Origin: a virus
Lineage: Duplodnaviria > Caudoviricetes
DNA: 64,000 bases
Virus record (IMG/VR): IMGVR_UViG_3300008114_000194
Coordinates: 1 to 64,000 of that record
Strand: one strand, 5' to 3'
Below, piece after piece: positions 26,346 to 36,938 of this stretch. The notes under the pieces were generated by a model. The model was given only the letters and a program-made list of their open reading frames with translations, was not told the origin of the DNA and ran no database searches. A program made the position numbers and the translations under genes. Each line of letters starts with the position of its first letter. Position 1 is the first letter of the stretch.

Positions 26346-26738
26346 ATGACCATGCACTTGGAAGGACCCTGGCTTACTACCACAGGCAAATGGCGCACCA
26401 AACGCCGCAAGTATGCCTCAGCGGCGGCCGCACAGCAAGAACGCGAACTCCGCACCGAATGGCAACAACGACAGACCGAATGGGCCAAGTTGGCTCCCAG
26501 GTTCGCTAACAGTAAATTCCAAGTCGCGCCCGCTAGGCCAGTGTCGCCGCAGTATCCACCCGGACGCGAGCCCGAGGCCATACCCAGCAAGGCAGATACT
26601 GTGGGAATAGCTGCCAGGCCCGCTGACAAGGTATATACTGGTACCAAGATCAAAGGCATTGGTACTCTGCACAAATCCAACGCAGTGCCCATATTCACCG
26701 ACGACGAAGCCATTGACATAGCACACATGAGGAGATAG
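26346..26738 (+). CDS. Hypothetical phage protein
   Basis: MHLEGPWLTTTG...VYTGTKIKGIGTLHKSNAVPIF.D.EAIDIAHMRR. Confidence 0.75.
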   Translation: MTMHLEGPWLTTTGKWRTKRRKYASAAAAQQERELRTEWQQRQTEWAKLAPRFANSKFQVAPARPVSPQYPPGREPEAIPSKADTVGIAARPADKVYTGTKIKGIGTLHKSNAVPIFTDDEAIDIAHMRR

Positions 26739-26740
26739 CA

Positions 26741-27037
26741 ATGAAAGCAATGATAATCAGTCTAGCACTTGTAGCAACACCTGCGGCAGCAGATCCAGGT
26801 CTGCTGAAGAAATACAACTGCACGGCCTGCCACGCGCCTGCCACAAAATTGGTAGGCCCTGCCTATGCAGAAGTGGCCAAGAAATATGCTGGCCAAGCCG
26901 ATGCTGTGGCTCGTTTGAGCGCCAAGATCAAATCAGGTGGTTCCGGAGTATGGGGCGCAATACCCATGCCTCCGCACCCACAGGTGTCAGATGCAGACGC
27001 GCAAAAAATGGCCTCTCATGTGCTGGGTCTCAAATAA
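26741..27037 (+). CDS. Class I cytochrome c (c551/c552-like)
   Basis: Signal peptide, CTACH haem motif, KLVGPAY, distal Met in WGAIPMPP. Confidence 0.92.
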   Translation: MKAMIISLALVATPAAADPGLLKKYNCTACHAPATKLVGPAYAEVAKKYAGQADAVARLSAKIKSGGSGVWGAIPMPPHPQVSDADAQKMASHVLGLK

Positions 27038-27054
27038 TCTCCAGGCAGTATCAA

Positions 27055-27798
27055 ATGAGTTTTGGTACATTTGATCCTCCCGCGATTATAGCGCCTGCAC
27101 CTATACAAAAGGCTGTGCAACAACAGCACCTGGAGTTTTGCGATAAACTTCGGCACCAAATGTTTTATGGCACCATCAGCCAGAGAGGAAAAGATGGCAG
27201 AACCTACAACTACATCGATTCCAACGGAGAATACGTATCTTCTTTTTTGAGCCCATACAATGCCCAGTTGCTGGATAACGTGGAGCCCTTGATCAGACCA
27301 TTGATTGCTGTGTTGATCAACAAGGGATATCTAACTGCAGGATCGTGCCAGGGCCACCCCGAAGATTACAAGTTTGACAGATGGGTCACAGTGGCATTTA
27401 TCAGCCAGGAGGAAAGGAAAAAATTTATTGACACCGTAGATGGTTTTGGATTGCCCGTTTATTGGTATTTTAATTTCTTAAATTTTAAAGAATCTCCTAA
27501 GTCGCCAGAAACACGGGATGGTTATACCATGTCCGTGAATATTTTAGATGTGATACCGGGCACAGTGGATGCACAGCAAAAACTAAAATATTCCAGGAAA
27601 GATCTTACTGAATACTGGAATATTATGTTTTCAAGAAACTACAGTGAATATCATGCTGTCAAGATGTGTATATGTTCTTGCCCGGGAGACATTTCTTTTT
27701 ATACCAAAATCAAAATTGGTTTACAATGGCCATTTAGGAACTATTACACCAATAAACTGGTATTGAAATTGCAAACTTTAGAAAAATACGAGTGGTAA
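27055..27798 (+). CDS. AT-rich hypothetical protein
   Basis: Start moved to ATG 27055; KGYLTAGSCQGH motif. Confidence 0.65.
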   Translation: MSFGTFDPPAIIAPAPIQKAVQQQHLEFCDKLRHQMFYGTISQRGKDGRTYNYIDSNGEYVSSFLSPYNAQLLDNVEPLIRPLIAVLINKGYLTAGSCQGHPEDYKFDRWVTVAFISQEERKKFIDTVDGFGLPVYWYFNFLNFKESPKSPETRDGYTMSVNILDVIPGTVDAQQKLKYSRKDLTEYWNIMFSRNYSEYHAVKMCICSCPGDISFYTKIKIGLQWPFRNYYTNKLVLKLQTLEKYEW

Positions 27799-27799
27799 A

Positions 27800-28618
27800 A
27801 TGAAATTATATGTCACTAGCGATCTCCATCTGGAGTTTGGAGATTTGGATCTTGAAAATCGTGACGACGTGGATGTGCTGGTCCTGTCGGGAGATATCCT
27901 GGTGGCCAGAGATATAGAAACCATGAATCCACGCGGTGTGTTGAGCCAGGCATTCCTGCACAGGTGCCACAACCTGTTTCCCCAGGTGGTCATGATCCTG
28001 GGCAATCACGAACACTATCACGGTGACTTCTGCAAAAGCACAGATATCATCCGTGCCGCTGTGGCAGACTATGACAACTTCCATGTGTTGGACAAGCAGT
28101 CGGTAGAAATCAATGACTATGTGTTTATTGGTGGCACACTTTGGACGGATTTCAACGGCAATGATCCTTTGACCCTGACTGCTGCTGGCAGCATGATGCA
28201 CGATTTCAAAGGTGTGAAACATTCTGCCAATGGTGCAGCAGGTGGCTCCTGGAGATTCCTGCCCCAGGATGCACTGGCTGATCATCAAGCCATGCTGAAA
28301 TGCATCACAAGAACCATCGACGATCGCAGAGCCCGGGGCGAGCATTCAGATCGTGTGATCGTGGTAGGGCACCACTCACCCAGCAGACAAAGCACACACG
28401 CTCGCTATCAAAACGAAGTGCTCATGAACGGCTGTTACAGTTCTCACCTGGACGGATTCATCCTAGACCGTCCAGAAATCTGCCTGTGGACCCACGGACA
28501 CACCCACGAGGATTTTGACTATGAGATCGGGCGCACCAGGATCGTGTGTAACCCACGTGGCTATGTGGGCTACGAAGCCCGTGCCGATCAGTGGCAACCA
28601 AAGTTAATTGAAGTCTAG
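27800..28618 (+). CDS. Calcineurin-like metallophosphoesterase
   Basis: SDLHLE, LSGDI, LGNHEHY, GHHSPS, WTHGHTH. Confidence 0.9.
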   Translation: MKLYVTSDLHLEFGDLDLENRDDVDVLVLSGDILVARDIETMNPRGVLSQAFLHRCHNLFPQVVMILGNHEHYHGDFCKSTDIIRAAVADYDNFHVLDKQSVEINDYVFIGGTLWTDFNGNDPLTLTAAGSMMHDFKGVKHSANGAAGGSWRFLPQDALADHQAMLKCITRTIDDRRARGEHSDRVIVVGHHSPSRQSTHARYQNEVLMNGCYSSHLDGFILDRPEICLWTHGHTHEDFDYEIGRTRIVCNPRGYVGYEARADQWQPKLIEV

Positions 28619-28657
28619 CAAACCTGTAAATAAGTAACACACACTAGGAGAGCCATC

Positions 28658-28771
28658 ATGAATGACGTGTTCTTGTTAGTAGCAGTAGCCACAGCACTGG
28701 GAATGCCAGCCATATATGTGGTGGTAAGAAGTATCATGGAGATCATAGATAAAACCAATGAAAATCATTAA
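28658..28771 (+). CDS. Small membrane peptide (37 aa)
   Basis: AGGAG RBS; GTAAATA upstream. Confidence 0.45.
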   Translation: MNDVFLLVAVATALGMPAIYVVVRSIMEIIDKTNENH

Positions 28772-28776
28772 TCGTT

Positions 28777-28992
28777 ATGAGTAAAGAAGACTCGCTTACA
28801 CTAGAAGGCGAAGTCACAGAAGTATTACGCAACGCCATGTTTCGTGTGCGCCTGGACCAGGGCGCGGAAATCACAGCACATATTTCAGGAAAAATGCGTC
28901 AGTACAACATCAAGGTGTTGGCCGGCGACCGCGTGGAAGTTGAATTCTCACCCTACGATCTAACCAAGGGCAGAGTCACACGCAGACTTTAA
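28777..28992 (+). CDS. infA: Translation initiation factor IF-1
   Basis: [16 protein letters not shown]...[10 protein letters not shown]...[21 protein letters not shown]. Confidence 0.95.
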   Translation: MSKEDSLTLEGEVTEVLRNAMFRVRLDQGAEITAHISGKMRQYNIKVLAGDRVEVEFSPYDLTKGRVTRRL

Positions 28993-29004
28993 ATAAATAG
29001 AGTC

Positions 29005-29568
29005 ATGCGTGAAATAATCACCTTACTAGAAGAAAAAAGCCGACCACAGGACATAGGTATTGTAGAACTGTCCTATTCAGACTCGGATTTGAATCCCGTT
29101 ATGAGTGCCCGGACCATGGAATATCACTATGGCAAATTGGCCCACGGCTATGCTGATCGATTCAATAAAGATGAAGGCGATCGGGAATTCAACTACGCTG
29201 GTGCTTTTTTACACAATTTATTTTTCCCACAGTTTAGAAAATCTCGCAACAACAATCGCCCCAACGGTCCCATTGGCAGCATGATCAACGCTAAATTTGG
29301 ATCCTGGGAAGAATTCAAACAACAGTTCCAAAAACAGGCCATGACTGTGCAGGGATCGGGCTGGGTTTATCTGGCCAGATCTGGCGAAATCAAAATCATA
29401 CCCAATCACCAGGTGCGCGACGATATCCTGATCTTGGTAGACTGGTGGGAACACGCCTGGGCCTTGGATTATCAAAGCGATAAAAAACAATATCTCGCAA
29501 ATATATGGAAAATATTTGACTGGAATGTGATCAATGCCCGCTGGGGACAGGCCTATCAAAATGATTAA
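29005..29568 (+). CDS. Fe/Mn superoxide dismutase family
   Basis: [20 protein letters not shown] and DWWEHAW give all four metal ligands; ATAAATA upstream. Confidence 0.88.
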   Translation: MREIITLLEEKSRPQDIGIVELSYSDSDLNPVMSARTMEYHYGKLAHGYADRFNKDEGDREFNYAGAFLHNLFFPQFRKSRNNNRPNGPIGSMINAKFGSWEEFKQQFQKQAMTVQGSGWVYLARSGEIKIIPNHQVRDDILILVDWWEHAWALDYQSDKKQYLANIWKIFDWNVINARWGQAYQND

Positions 29569-29872
29569 TATCACAGAATCTGCCCGAAACAAAATCACAC
29601 AATTGCTGGCTGAAGAAAATGATGACAATTTACGAGTGCGTGCGTTTGTGCAAGGCGGCGGCTGCTCTGGCTTCCAGTATGGATTTACCTTTGACGCAGA
29701 CACAGCCGAGGACGACTACAACATAGATGGTGTGTTGGTAGACTCAATGAGTATGCAGTATCTACAGGGCGCCACCATTGACTACGCAGAATCTGACCTG
29801 GGCGCAGAATTCAAGATAGTGAACCCCAACGCAACAACCACCTGCGGCTGCGGCAGTTCCTTTAGCGTGTAA
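29561..29872 (+). CDS. erpA: Fe-S cluster insertion protein (ErpA/IscA/HesB family)
   Basis: [27 protein letters not shown]. Confidence 0.9.
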   Translation: MINITESARNKITQLLAEENDDNLRVRAFVQGGGCSGFQYGFTFDADTAEDDYNIDGVLVDSMSMQYLQGATIDYAESDLGAEFKIVNPNATTTCGCGSSFSV

Positions 29873-29912
29873 AACCCAAACCCGCTAAATACTCTAAAGG
29901 ATCCATTAGAGT

Positions 29913-31613
29913 ATGCCATTTCAATTAATCAATGTAGGTACAGCTCCCAATTCCAACGACGGTGATCCATTACGGGTAGCACTGCAAAAAGTCAATGACA
30001 ACTTTTTGGCCTTGGCCAATGTGGGTCCCATCAATGGCGCAGCCGAAGTATTGACTGCTGCATCGGGCAACACAGATGCCAACATCGCCATGACCTGGAG
30101 CGCCAGCAACAGTACCACAATCATTGGCAGCACCAGCAGAACCAACGGCAACATACGCATCAGTCCACGTGGCACGGGCCAGGTCATCTTGCCCAGCAAC
30201 ACCTATGTGAGCATACAAGGTGGATTAAATGGCCAGTTTTTAACCACACGCGGCAACGGACAACTGTACTGGAGCTATGGTAATGGCAACAGTGTGCAGG
30301 CCTCGGGCGGCAACTATCAGGTACAGTACAACATCAATACCACACTGTCGGCCAATGCCAACTTCACATTCAATCCCAACACTGCCAATTTAACTGTGGT
30401 GGGCAACATCGTCGCTGCGGGAATTTATTACAGCAATGGTTCACCGGTCAGCACAGGCGCAGGCAACTACAGCAACGCCAATGTGGCCGCATATTTGCCT
30501 GTGTACACTGGCAACATCGCTGCCACAGACATTGTGACCAACCGTGGCAACATCGTGACATTCACAGCAGGCATAGCGTCCGCAGGCACTGTACGCACAG
30601 ACAATTTACAGTATGCCAATGGTCAGGCCTATCAATTCAATTACAGCAATTTAATGGTAGCCAATTATTTGCCCACTTACACAGGCCAATTGACCAGCCT
30701 GGCTGGCAATATCACCACCACTGGCAACATCACGGGTACCTATCTGTTTGGTAATGGTGTGTACCTGACCGGGCTGGGTGCCACCTACGGCAACGCCAAT
30801 GTGGCAGATTACATCGACGGCTATACCGGCAACATCACTGCTGGCAATATCACGGTAACCACCGGGGTCACAGCAAATAATCTATCTGCCAACAATGATT
30901 TAATTGTGTCAGGAACAGGATATCTTTACAATATCAACAGCGGCGGCACCAGCATCTTGACCACGGCCAACATACAGTATGCCATTGTCACGCAAAATCT
31001 CACAGCCACTGGCGCCAACTTTTCAGGCATAGTTTCTGTAAATCGCATACAAACCGACAACTACTACTGGGCCAATGGTGTGCCTGCTCAGTTCCAGGCC
31101 AATTCGGGTTCTGCTGTCAATCCTGCGGGCAGCAACACACAGATACAGTTTAACTCAGCCAACGCATTTGGCGCATCAGCGCAGTTGACATTCAATCAGG
31201 CCAGCAACACACTGTCTGTGCCAATTATTTCTGCCACCACTGTGTCAGCATCCAACGGCATCAACGGCACCTTGATCGGCACACACTATGGCGCGGTGTA
31301 TGCTAACACCATTACAGCCAATGCCAATATCACAGGCGTGGGTGCCAGTTTCTCGGGCACTGTCACAGCCAACAACTTCATCAGCACAGGTACCACAGGT
31401 GGCTCAGCCAATCTCAATATCACTGGCAGCGGCAATTTGAATCTACTGAGTTCGGGACAAATCACTGCCAATGCTCCTGTGCGCTTGGCCAGTTATGCCA
31501 ATACCTCCATGCCCACGGCCACTGCCGGCGCAGTGGCCTATGTTTCAACTACCAATCAACCAGCATACTATAACGGCACCAGCTGGCGTTATTTTGATGG
31601 CACTGCTGTGTGA
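29913..31613 (+). CDS. Virion fibre/baseplate-associated protein with T4 gp9/gp10-like N-terminal motif
   Basis: INVGTAPNSNDGDPLRVALQKVNDNF; Asn/Gly/Thr-rich repeats; CTAAATA at 29885. Confidence 0.7.
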   Translation: MPFQLINVGTAPNSNDGDPLRVALQKVNDNFLALANVGPINGAAEVLTAASGNTDANIAMTWSASNSTTIIGSTSRTNGNIRISPRGTGQVILPSNTYVSIQGGLNGQFLTTRGNGQLYWSYGNGNSVQASGGNYQVQYNINTTLSANANFTFNPNTANLTVVGNIVAAGIYYSNGSPVSTGAGNYSNANVAAYLPVYTGNIAATDIVTNRGNIVTFTAGIASAGTVRTDNLQYANGQAYQFNYSNLMVANYLPTYTGQLTSLAGNITTTGNITGTYLFGNGVYLTGLGATYGNANVADYIDGYTGNITAGNITVTTGVTANNLSANNDLIVSGTGYLYNINSGGTSILTTANIQYAIVTQNLTATGANFSGIVSVNRIQTDNYYWANGVPAQFQANSGSAVNPAGSNTQIQFNSANAFGASAQLTFNQASNTLSVPIISATTVSASNGINGTLIGTHYGAVYANTITANANITGVGASFSGTVTANNFISTGTTGGSANLNITGSGNLNLLSSGQITANAPVRLASYANTSMPTATAGAVAYVSTTNQPAYYNGTSWRYFDGTAV

Positions 31614-34078
31614 TGCGATACTATGTGACCGCACGCTCAGTGGAGGACAAGCAGAGTTTATTAGGCACACTCCGGGATGTCATTGACACCGAGCCAGGCA
31701 GTCGACGTAATATCTTGGTTGGCGACACGGACATAAAGGCTCTGGCTCAAGATCCCAGAGTAAAAAACATACAACCTCATCCTGAAGATTGGCCTGGATT
31801 TGAATATCGATTATTTGCAGAATGAGCACTCGCGCACAATCAGGAAAATTTGATCGACAGATCAGCAATGTCAACAGTACAGACACGAACTGGGGACTGT
31901 ATCGCCACATCAATCGCACCAATTCTTGGCCTGGACCTGCGCCCAATATCTATGAAATCACTGGGGACTACAGTTATCAACTGGACGGCACCGGCACCGA
32001 CATCATACTAGCAGACACAGGCATAGACGCTTATCATCCAGAATTCCTTGAAGATGTCAACAGCAGCATCTGTGTGGAGTCCGGAAACACAGTGAGTGAG
32101 ACCACACTCAACACCCGTGCCAGCCTGCGCGGCATCATGCGCTACAACAACAATGTGATATCTGTGGGCGATGCTGGCACTATATTTCTCAACACTCAGC
32201 AGATACAATCATCGCTGCCATATGCTGTGATGGATGTCACTGTGTTTCGCAATCAACTGTTTGCTGTGGGCGGTTATTATGGCGCCAGCGTCAGCAGTTC
32301 GCAGACCCCACAGGGTCCAGGCATACGCATATTGACCAGCACAACCGGACAGGTCTGGACAGATGTGACCCCATACGGCACCAACAATGAATATGCGCAG
32401 GGACAGCTGAGATCCGCTGCAGCCAGTGCCACCAGTGTGGTGGCTGTGGGCAGTACCAACTATGCTTTCCGTAGATTTGATGCTGCCCAATTCAATTATA
32501 TCGCACCCACTGCTAGGATATTACGCTATGATGGTTCCACTTGGACCAACATCGCCACCACATTCACACCACCATTGAATTACAATTTAAATCGCGTGAG
32601 ATATTTCCGCGACAGATATATTGCTGTGGGGGACAATGGTAGCATCATAGTGTCCGGCACCGACGGTGTGTCCTGGACCAGAGTTGCCAGTGGCGTCGGC
32701 TGTGGATTGCATGACGTCACACAAGGACCTGCCACCACGGGCAGCATCTATGTTGCGGTGGGACGCGGCGGCTGTGTGCTGACCAGCCCTGATAATATCA
32801 CCTGGACTGTGAGAAACAGTACCACTCCAGCAGATTTATTTGCTGTGACTTATACCCAGGGTAGATTCATAGCCATGGGTCAAAACGGTGCAGGTGTTTA
32901 TTCCACAGATGGCATCACTTGGAGTGCCTACAACACCGGTATAACCAACACCGTGTATGCCATCACAGGCGCAGACATTGCCACTGGAGCCAGCACTCGA
33001 GTGCAGGCCTATGACTGGAGCAGTTTGGGTGTCACCGACGTGGCCTCCAGTGTGAGCATAGGCGGCTATCTGGGAGATGCCACGGCCCAAGATCCTACCA
33101 TATCCGGTGGCGGTCACGGCACCAACGTGGCCAGTATCGCCGCCGGGCGCAGCAATGGTTGGGCACGTGGCGCACGAATATACAGTATCAGGATTTTTTC
33201 CGGCATTGACATGACCACCGGCAGCACCTTGGGTGCCATCAGCCAGACCAAATATGCACAGTTAATCCGTGCGTTCCATAATGCCAAATCTGCACCACGC
33301 AGACCCACCATAGCCAATCTCAGTCTGCAGACAGTATTGAATCAAACTGCTGGCAGTCAATATGTCACTGAGTTGAGATATCGTGGCAATGTCACTTACA
33401 ATGGTACCACCGCGCCATTTCGCGATGCCACACGTGGTTTGATCAACAATGTATTTCCCATAAGAGTCACATCAGTGGACGATGATTTGATAGATGCCAT
33501 AGATGATGGAGTGATCATAGTTGGAGCTGCTGGCAACTACAGTTACAAGCAGGATGTCACAGGTGGCGCAGACTACAACAACAGTGTGATCTACAGAAAT
33601 CCTCCAATACATTCGCCCAATCCACAGTATTACATGAGAGGCAGTTCACCAGGTGCTGCCGGCGACGATGTCACAGGCAACACAGTGATCTGTGTGGGTG
33701 CCATAGACAGCAGTTTTTTCAATCCCAGCAGACAAGTACGAGAACAAAAGGCTTCCTACAGCCATACTGGTCCTAGAGTAGATATCTATGCCGCAGGCAG
33801 TGATATCATGGGTGCTGTGTGCCATGCTTGCCGAATCAAATATAAATCTCACACAACAGGCTGTTAAAACAAGATTGATCACAGCCGCGCAACCGGGTAG
33901 ATTATCTGTGACCAACAGCAATTTCCAAAACAACAGCACCCTGCCCAATTACACCAATTACAGCAGTTTATTGGACGGTGCCAATCGCACTGCTTTTATG
34001 CCGGCGGTGCCCATAGCCGATGGCACCATTAATTTCTTTAATAATTCAGCAGGCTCGGGCAATTTTGACTTGGAATAG
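31610..34078 (+). pseudogene. S8 subtilisin-like protease with inserted beta-propeller, broken into three ORFs (31610-31825, 31822-33867, about 33815-34078)
   Basis: Prodomain DPRV..I, ADTG (Asp), GHGTNVAS (His), AAGN. The GTSMA Ser segment seen in paralogue 50577 is missing at the frameshift near 33815. Confidence 0.75.
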
Positions 34079-34119
34079 TCAAAACACAGCCGACTAAATA
34101 CATTTTAGAGCACTAGACC

Positions 34120-36813
34120 ATGGCAAATATTATCAACGGATTTTATCAAATAAATGTAGGCACCAATCCCAACGATGGCACTGGTGACAGTTTCCGCGAC
34201 AGTTTTATCGCCACCAATATCAATTGGGGCATCATGGGCAACACAGGCATTGCCAATACCACACTAAATTTCAGCAACAATATTATTTCAGCCGATGCTG
34301 GTGATAATTTGGTTTTTCAAGTTACCAACGCACACGTTTATCTCGGCAGCGCTGGCACAGATCTCTTGGGTAATTCAGGCAATGTACAGATAGGCAATGG
34401 ATTAACTGGACAGTTTTTACGAGCCAGCGGTACCCAGGGCAATGTGTACTGGAGCAATGGCGCCAGCGGCTCTGAAGGCATGGTGCAGTACAATAAATCC
34501 GGAAGTTTTGGAGCACAAAGCACATTTGTGTATACCGAAGCCAACGCTGGTTTGGCCGTGGGCAATTTATCAGTCACCCGAGATGTAGCAGTGGGCAACA
34601 ATGTCACCATCACAGGCGACACCTCCACACGTGATTTAACAGGTAGGAATTTCCAATTTTCCGGCGATGGTGTACTGCTGGGCAATTTCACAGTGTTTGG
34701 CAACATAACATCAGCCAATGCCGAAGTGGTAGACATAGGTGCTAACCTATTGACCATAGCCAACATGGCCAGCAGCATCACGCTGCTGGAGCAGGCCGGC
34801 ATCACTTGGGGCAACAGCAGTATCATTGGCACGGCCAACACTCCCAACATCAGATTCCGTGACATCGGCGGCAGCAATGTTCAACAGACTGTGCTCAGTA
34901 TCTATCCTGGTATTTGGACACAGGGCGTGTACATCAGCGCCAACAACACACCTGCCAACTCTGATCTAGCACCAGGACGTGTGACCTTTGGTGCAGACAC
35001 AGAACTGCTGTTCCAAAGTGTGGTAGGAGCTGCGGTATTTTCCAACCTGCAGGCCAATATATTCACCAGTTTCAACAGCAACATCACCAGCCTCACAGCC
35101 AATACCACTGACATGGTGACCAATGCCAGTGATGGTTCTGCTGTGGCAGGACGACTGTTGCGCATACGCAATACCAGCACTACCCCAGGCAATGTGGGTC
35201 TACAGATAGTCAATCAGGCAGGCGGTGCCAATAGTGCCTGGGATCTGTTCTCAAGAGACGGCAATGGCACTTTAAACTTTGGTTGGTCGGGCAATGGCAA
35301 CGGTGCCAGCAGCAACATCAGACTAGAACTCAGCAACACCGGCAATCTGCAGATGCCCTACAGCACTGCCACAAATAATTTCATTGGCTTTGGCCCCGGC
35401 ACAGCTGCACACGCAGGCCTGCGCTATGTGGGATCAGACTATGCACTGTCTTTGGAGGCCAATGGTGCCATTGACAGTTTGCGACTGGGCACCGACGGCA
35501 CCACCAGGATCACTGTGTTGGGCAATTCAGTGGCAGCCACTGCTGGCTTTGTGGGCATCAACACATCCGCGCCCATCAGTCCATTGACTGTGACAGGCAA
35601 CACCGACGGCAACCGCATACAAAGCGGCCTAACTGTGTCACGCACTGGTATCTATGCTGGTGCCTTTACCCTGGGTGTAAACAACTCAAACAACAGTTTC
35701 TTTATAGCCAATACCCAGGCATCTGCCCAGGGCGCCTCCCTACTGGTGATAGATTCGCAGGGCAATGTTGCACTGAATCTAGACACACCCACAGTGGGCC
35801 TGGATGTGGCAGGTGCAGCTCGTTTCCGCACTGGTGGTACAGGACCTTCGGTGTCAGCAGGCAACAATCAGGCCTTGACCTTGTTGGGCAACAGTTATCT
35901 AGACACAGTTAATTTGCAATATTGCGCATATACCAATGCCAATGTCTGGGCCATGAGCTATCGCCAGCAGACAGAAAATGGTGATTTTTGGATTTATCAA
36001 AATGAATCAGGCGCTAACATCAAGCATATCACGCTGAAATACAACGCAGCCAGCGTGGGCATCAATCAGGTCAATCCCCAGGCCACACTGCACGTGGGCA
36101 GCAATGCGGCTGGTACCCTGGCTGATATCAAAGTCGAAAGCGCCAATGGCACACAAGCACAGGTCACTGCTTATCCTGCCTACGCTGCCTTTGGCACACT
36201 GAACAATTTCCCAGTGGCCATACAGGTCAATGGCAGCAATGTCATGGTGGTCAATCCTGGCAACAGCGTGACCATGTCCGGCGGATTGTCGGCTGCTTCA
36301 TTCTCTAGCGACGCATTGATAGCCAACACTGTGATTGCCAATATCAGCGTGTCATCACCAGGCAACATCACCGGTGCCAACATCATAGCCAATACTGGCA
36401 TCACGGGCACACTGGTCACAGCAGCACAGCCCAATATCACGAGTCTGGGCACACTGACTTCATTGAGTGTCACAGGTAATATACAAGCTGCCAACATCAT
36501 AGCCAACACTGGCATCACGGGCACACTGGTCACAGCAGCACAGCCCAACGTCACATCAGTGGGCACCTTGGCTTCATTGAGTGTCACAGGCAATGTTTCT
36601 GCCAACACTTTTGTTGGTCTAGGCACAGGGTTGACAGGAACTGCCAATTCCCTGGCAGTGGGCAATGCTGCTAATTTAACCACTACCAATTTCTCCTTGA
36701 GAGAAGACCTGGGCAGATTATATTTCTATTATGGCAACACTGCTGTGGCATCTTTAGACAGTGGTGGTAATTTGAGAACCCTGGGCAACGTCATACCATT
36801 TACTGCTCCATAA
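34120..36813 (+). CDS. Tail fibre-like virion protein with gp9/gp10-like N-terminal motif
   Basis: INVGTNPNDGTGDSFR; fibre-like beta repeats; CTAAATA at 34094. Confidence 0.72.
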   Translation: MANIINGFYQINVGTNPNDGTGDSFRDSFIATNINWGIMGNTGIANTTLNFSNNIISADAGDNLVFQVTNAHVYLGSAGTDLLGNSGNVQIGNGLTGQFLRASGTQGNVYWSNGASGSEGMVQYNKSGSFGAQSTFVYTEANAGLAVGNLSVTRDVAVGNNVTITGDTSTRDLTGRNFQFSGDGVLLGNFTVFGNITSANAEVVDIGANLLTIANMASSITLLEQAGITWGNSSIIGTANTPNIRFRDIGGSNVQQTVLSIYPGIWTQGVYISANNTPANSDLAPGRVTFGADTELLFQSVVGAAVFSNLQANIFTSFNSNITSLTANTTDMVTNASDGSAVAGRLLRIRNTSTTPGNVGLQIVNQAGGANSAWDLFSRDGNGTLNFGWSGNGNGASSNIRLELSNTGNLQMPYSTATNNFIGFGPGTAAHAGLRYVGSDYALSLEANGAIDSLRLGTDGTTRITVLGNSVAATAGFVGINTSAPISPLTVTGNTDGNRIQSGLTVSRTGIYAGAFTLGVNNSNNSFFIANTQASAQGASLLVIDSQGNVALNLDTPTVGLDVAGAARFRTGGTGPSVSAGNNQALTLLGNSYLDTVNLQYCAYTNANVWAMSYRQQTENGDFWIYQNESGANIKHITLKYNAASVGINQVNPQATLHVGSNAAGTLADIKVESANGTQAQVTAYPAYAAFGTLNNFPVAIQVNGSNVMVVNPGNSVTMSGGLSAASFSSDALIANTVIANISVSSPGNITGANIIANTGITGTLVTAAQPNITSLGTLTSLSVTGNIQAANIIANTGITGTLVTAAQPNVTSVGTLASLSVTGNVSANTFVGLGTGLTGTANSLAVGNAANLTTTNFSLREDLGRLYFYYGNTAVASLDSGGNLRTLGNVIPFTAP
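36376..36594 (+). repeat. Tandem 114-bp (38-aa) in-frame duplication
   Basis: ANIIANTGITGTLVTAAQPN..S.GTL.SLSVTGN twice, starting at 36376 and 36490. Confidence 0.85.
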
Positions 36814-36938
36814 ACTCACCCTGCTCGGCTGCCGGATTTATTGCTAAATATTGCTAATCAGGAGCAATGATGCAGAAAAATTCCCCAATGGCCCAGGGCC
36901 ATCCAGTCCAAATCTCTTGGCAAACCCGTTGATCTAAT

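Noticed and set aside
31820-31826. Stop-codon reassignment or selenocysteine at in-frame TGA
   Set aside because: The downstream ORF is in a different frame; TGA, TAG and TAA all terminate well-formed genes elsewhere, consistent with code 11
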